Origin: an uncultured delta proteobacterium
GTDB lineage: Bacteria > Desulfobacterota > Binatia > UBA9968
Direction of reading: 5' to 3'
DNA: 64,000 bases
NCBI GenBank assembly: GCA_963760795.1
Contig: CAVXEP010000016.1
Coordinates: 128,001 to 192,000, forward strand
Notes under the pieces: generated by a model
Database searches by the model: none
What the model was told of the DNA's origin: nothing
Seen by the model: the letters and a program-made list of their open reading frames with translations, nothing else
Program-made: the position numbers and the translations under genes
In this document: positions 63,919 through 64,000 of the stretch, piece by piece
Numbering within the stretch: position 1 is the first letter of the stretch
Layout of the letters: every line of letters begins with the position of its first letter

Positions 63919-64000
63919 TGTTTCTGGTCGTCAGCAATATCACCACAAAAACGGCGGCGAAAAGAGAAAGCGGTAATCAATGAGCCATCATTAGCCAGCT

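Overview
GC-rich (~60%) bacterial chromosomal segment with no phage, integrase, transposase, CRISPR, rRNA or tRNA detected. The gene content and intergenic repeat style suggest an uncultured soil/sediment deltaproteobacterium such as Ca. Binatia; this is inference, not a database result. A housekeeping core (pyrR leader-pyrR-fused pyrB-carA-carB, recG, alaC-hom-apgM-glpX, dus, maf) is flanked by accessory catabolic and uptake genes: two UbiD decarboxylases, two orphan molybdoenzyme large subunits, 3-hydroxyanthranilate dioxygenase, LLMs, amidohydrolases, an HCHL-like crotonase and seven solute-binding proteins with no transporter beside them. About 17 genes carry single-base frameshifts that look like long-read indel errors, so several calls span more than one ORF. 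The most unusual observations are: (1) a 650-aa aspartate transcarbamylase fused to a PyrI-type Zn domain, an Ada-like linker and a second PyrR/PRTase domain lacking the RNA-binding residues, downstream of a canonical PyrR attenuator and standalone pyrR; (2) two signal-peptide-bearing SET-domain paralogs flanking an amidohydrolase; (3) a solute-binding protein whose signal peptide is encoded by an intergenic-type palindromic repeat; (4) an unannotated 48-aa Zn-ribbon microprotein ahead of a lone xanthine-dehydrogenase-family subunit; (5) an apparently circularly permuted alpha/beta-hydrolase fold fused to a methyltransferase; (6) a genuine purU pseudogene and a glycine-riboswitch-like motif in an odd position. 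All family assignments come from motif recognition by eye.
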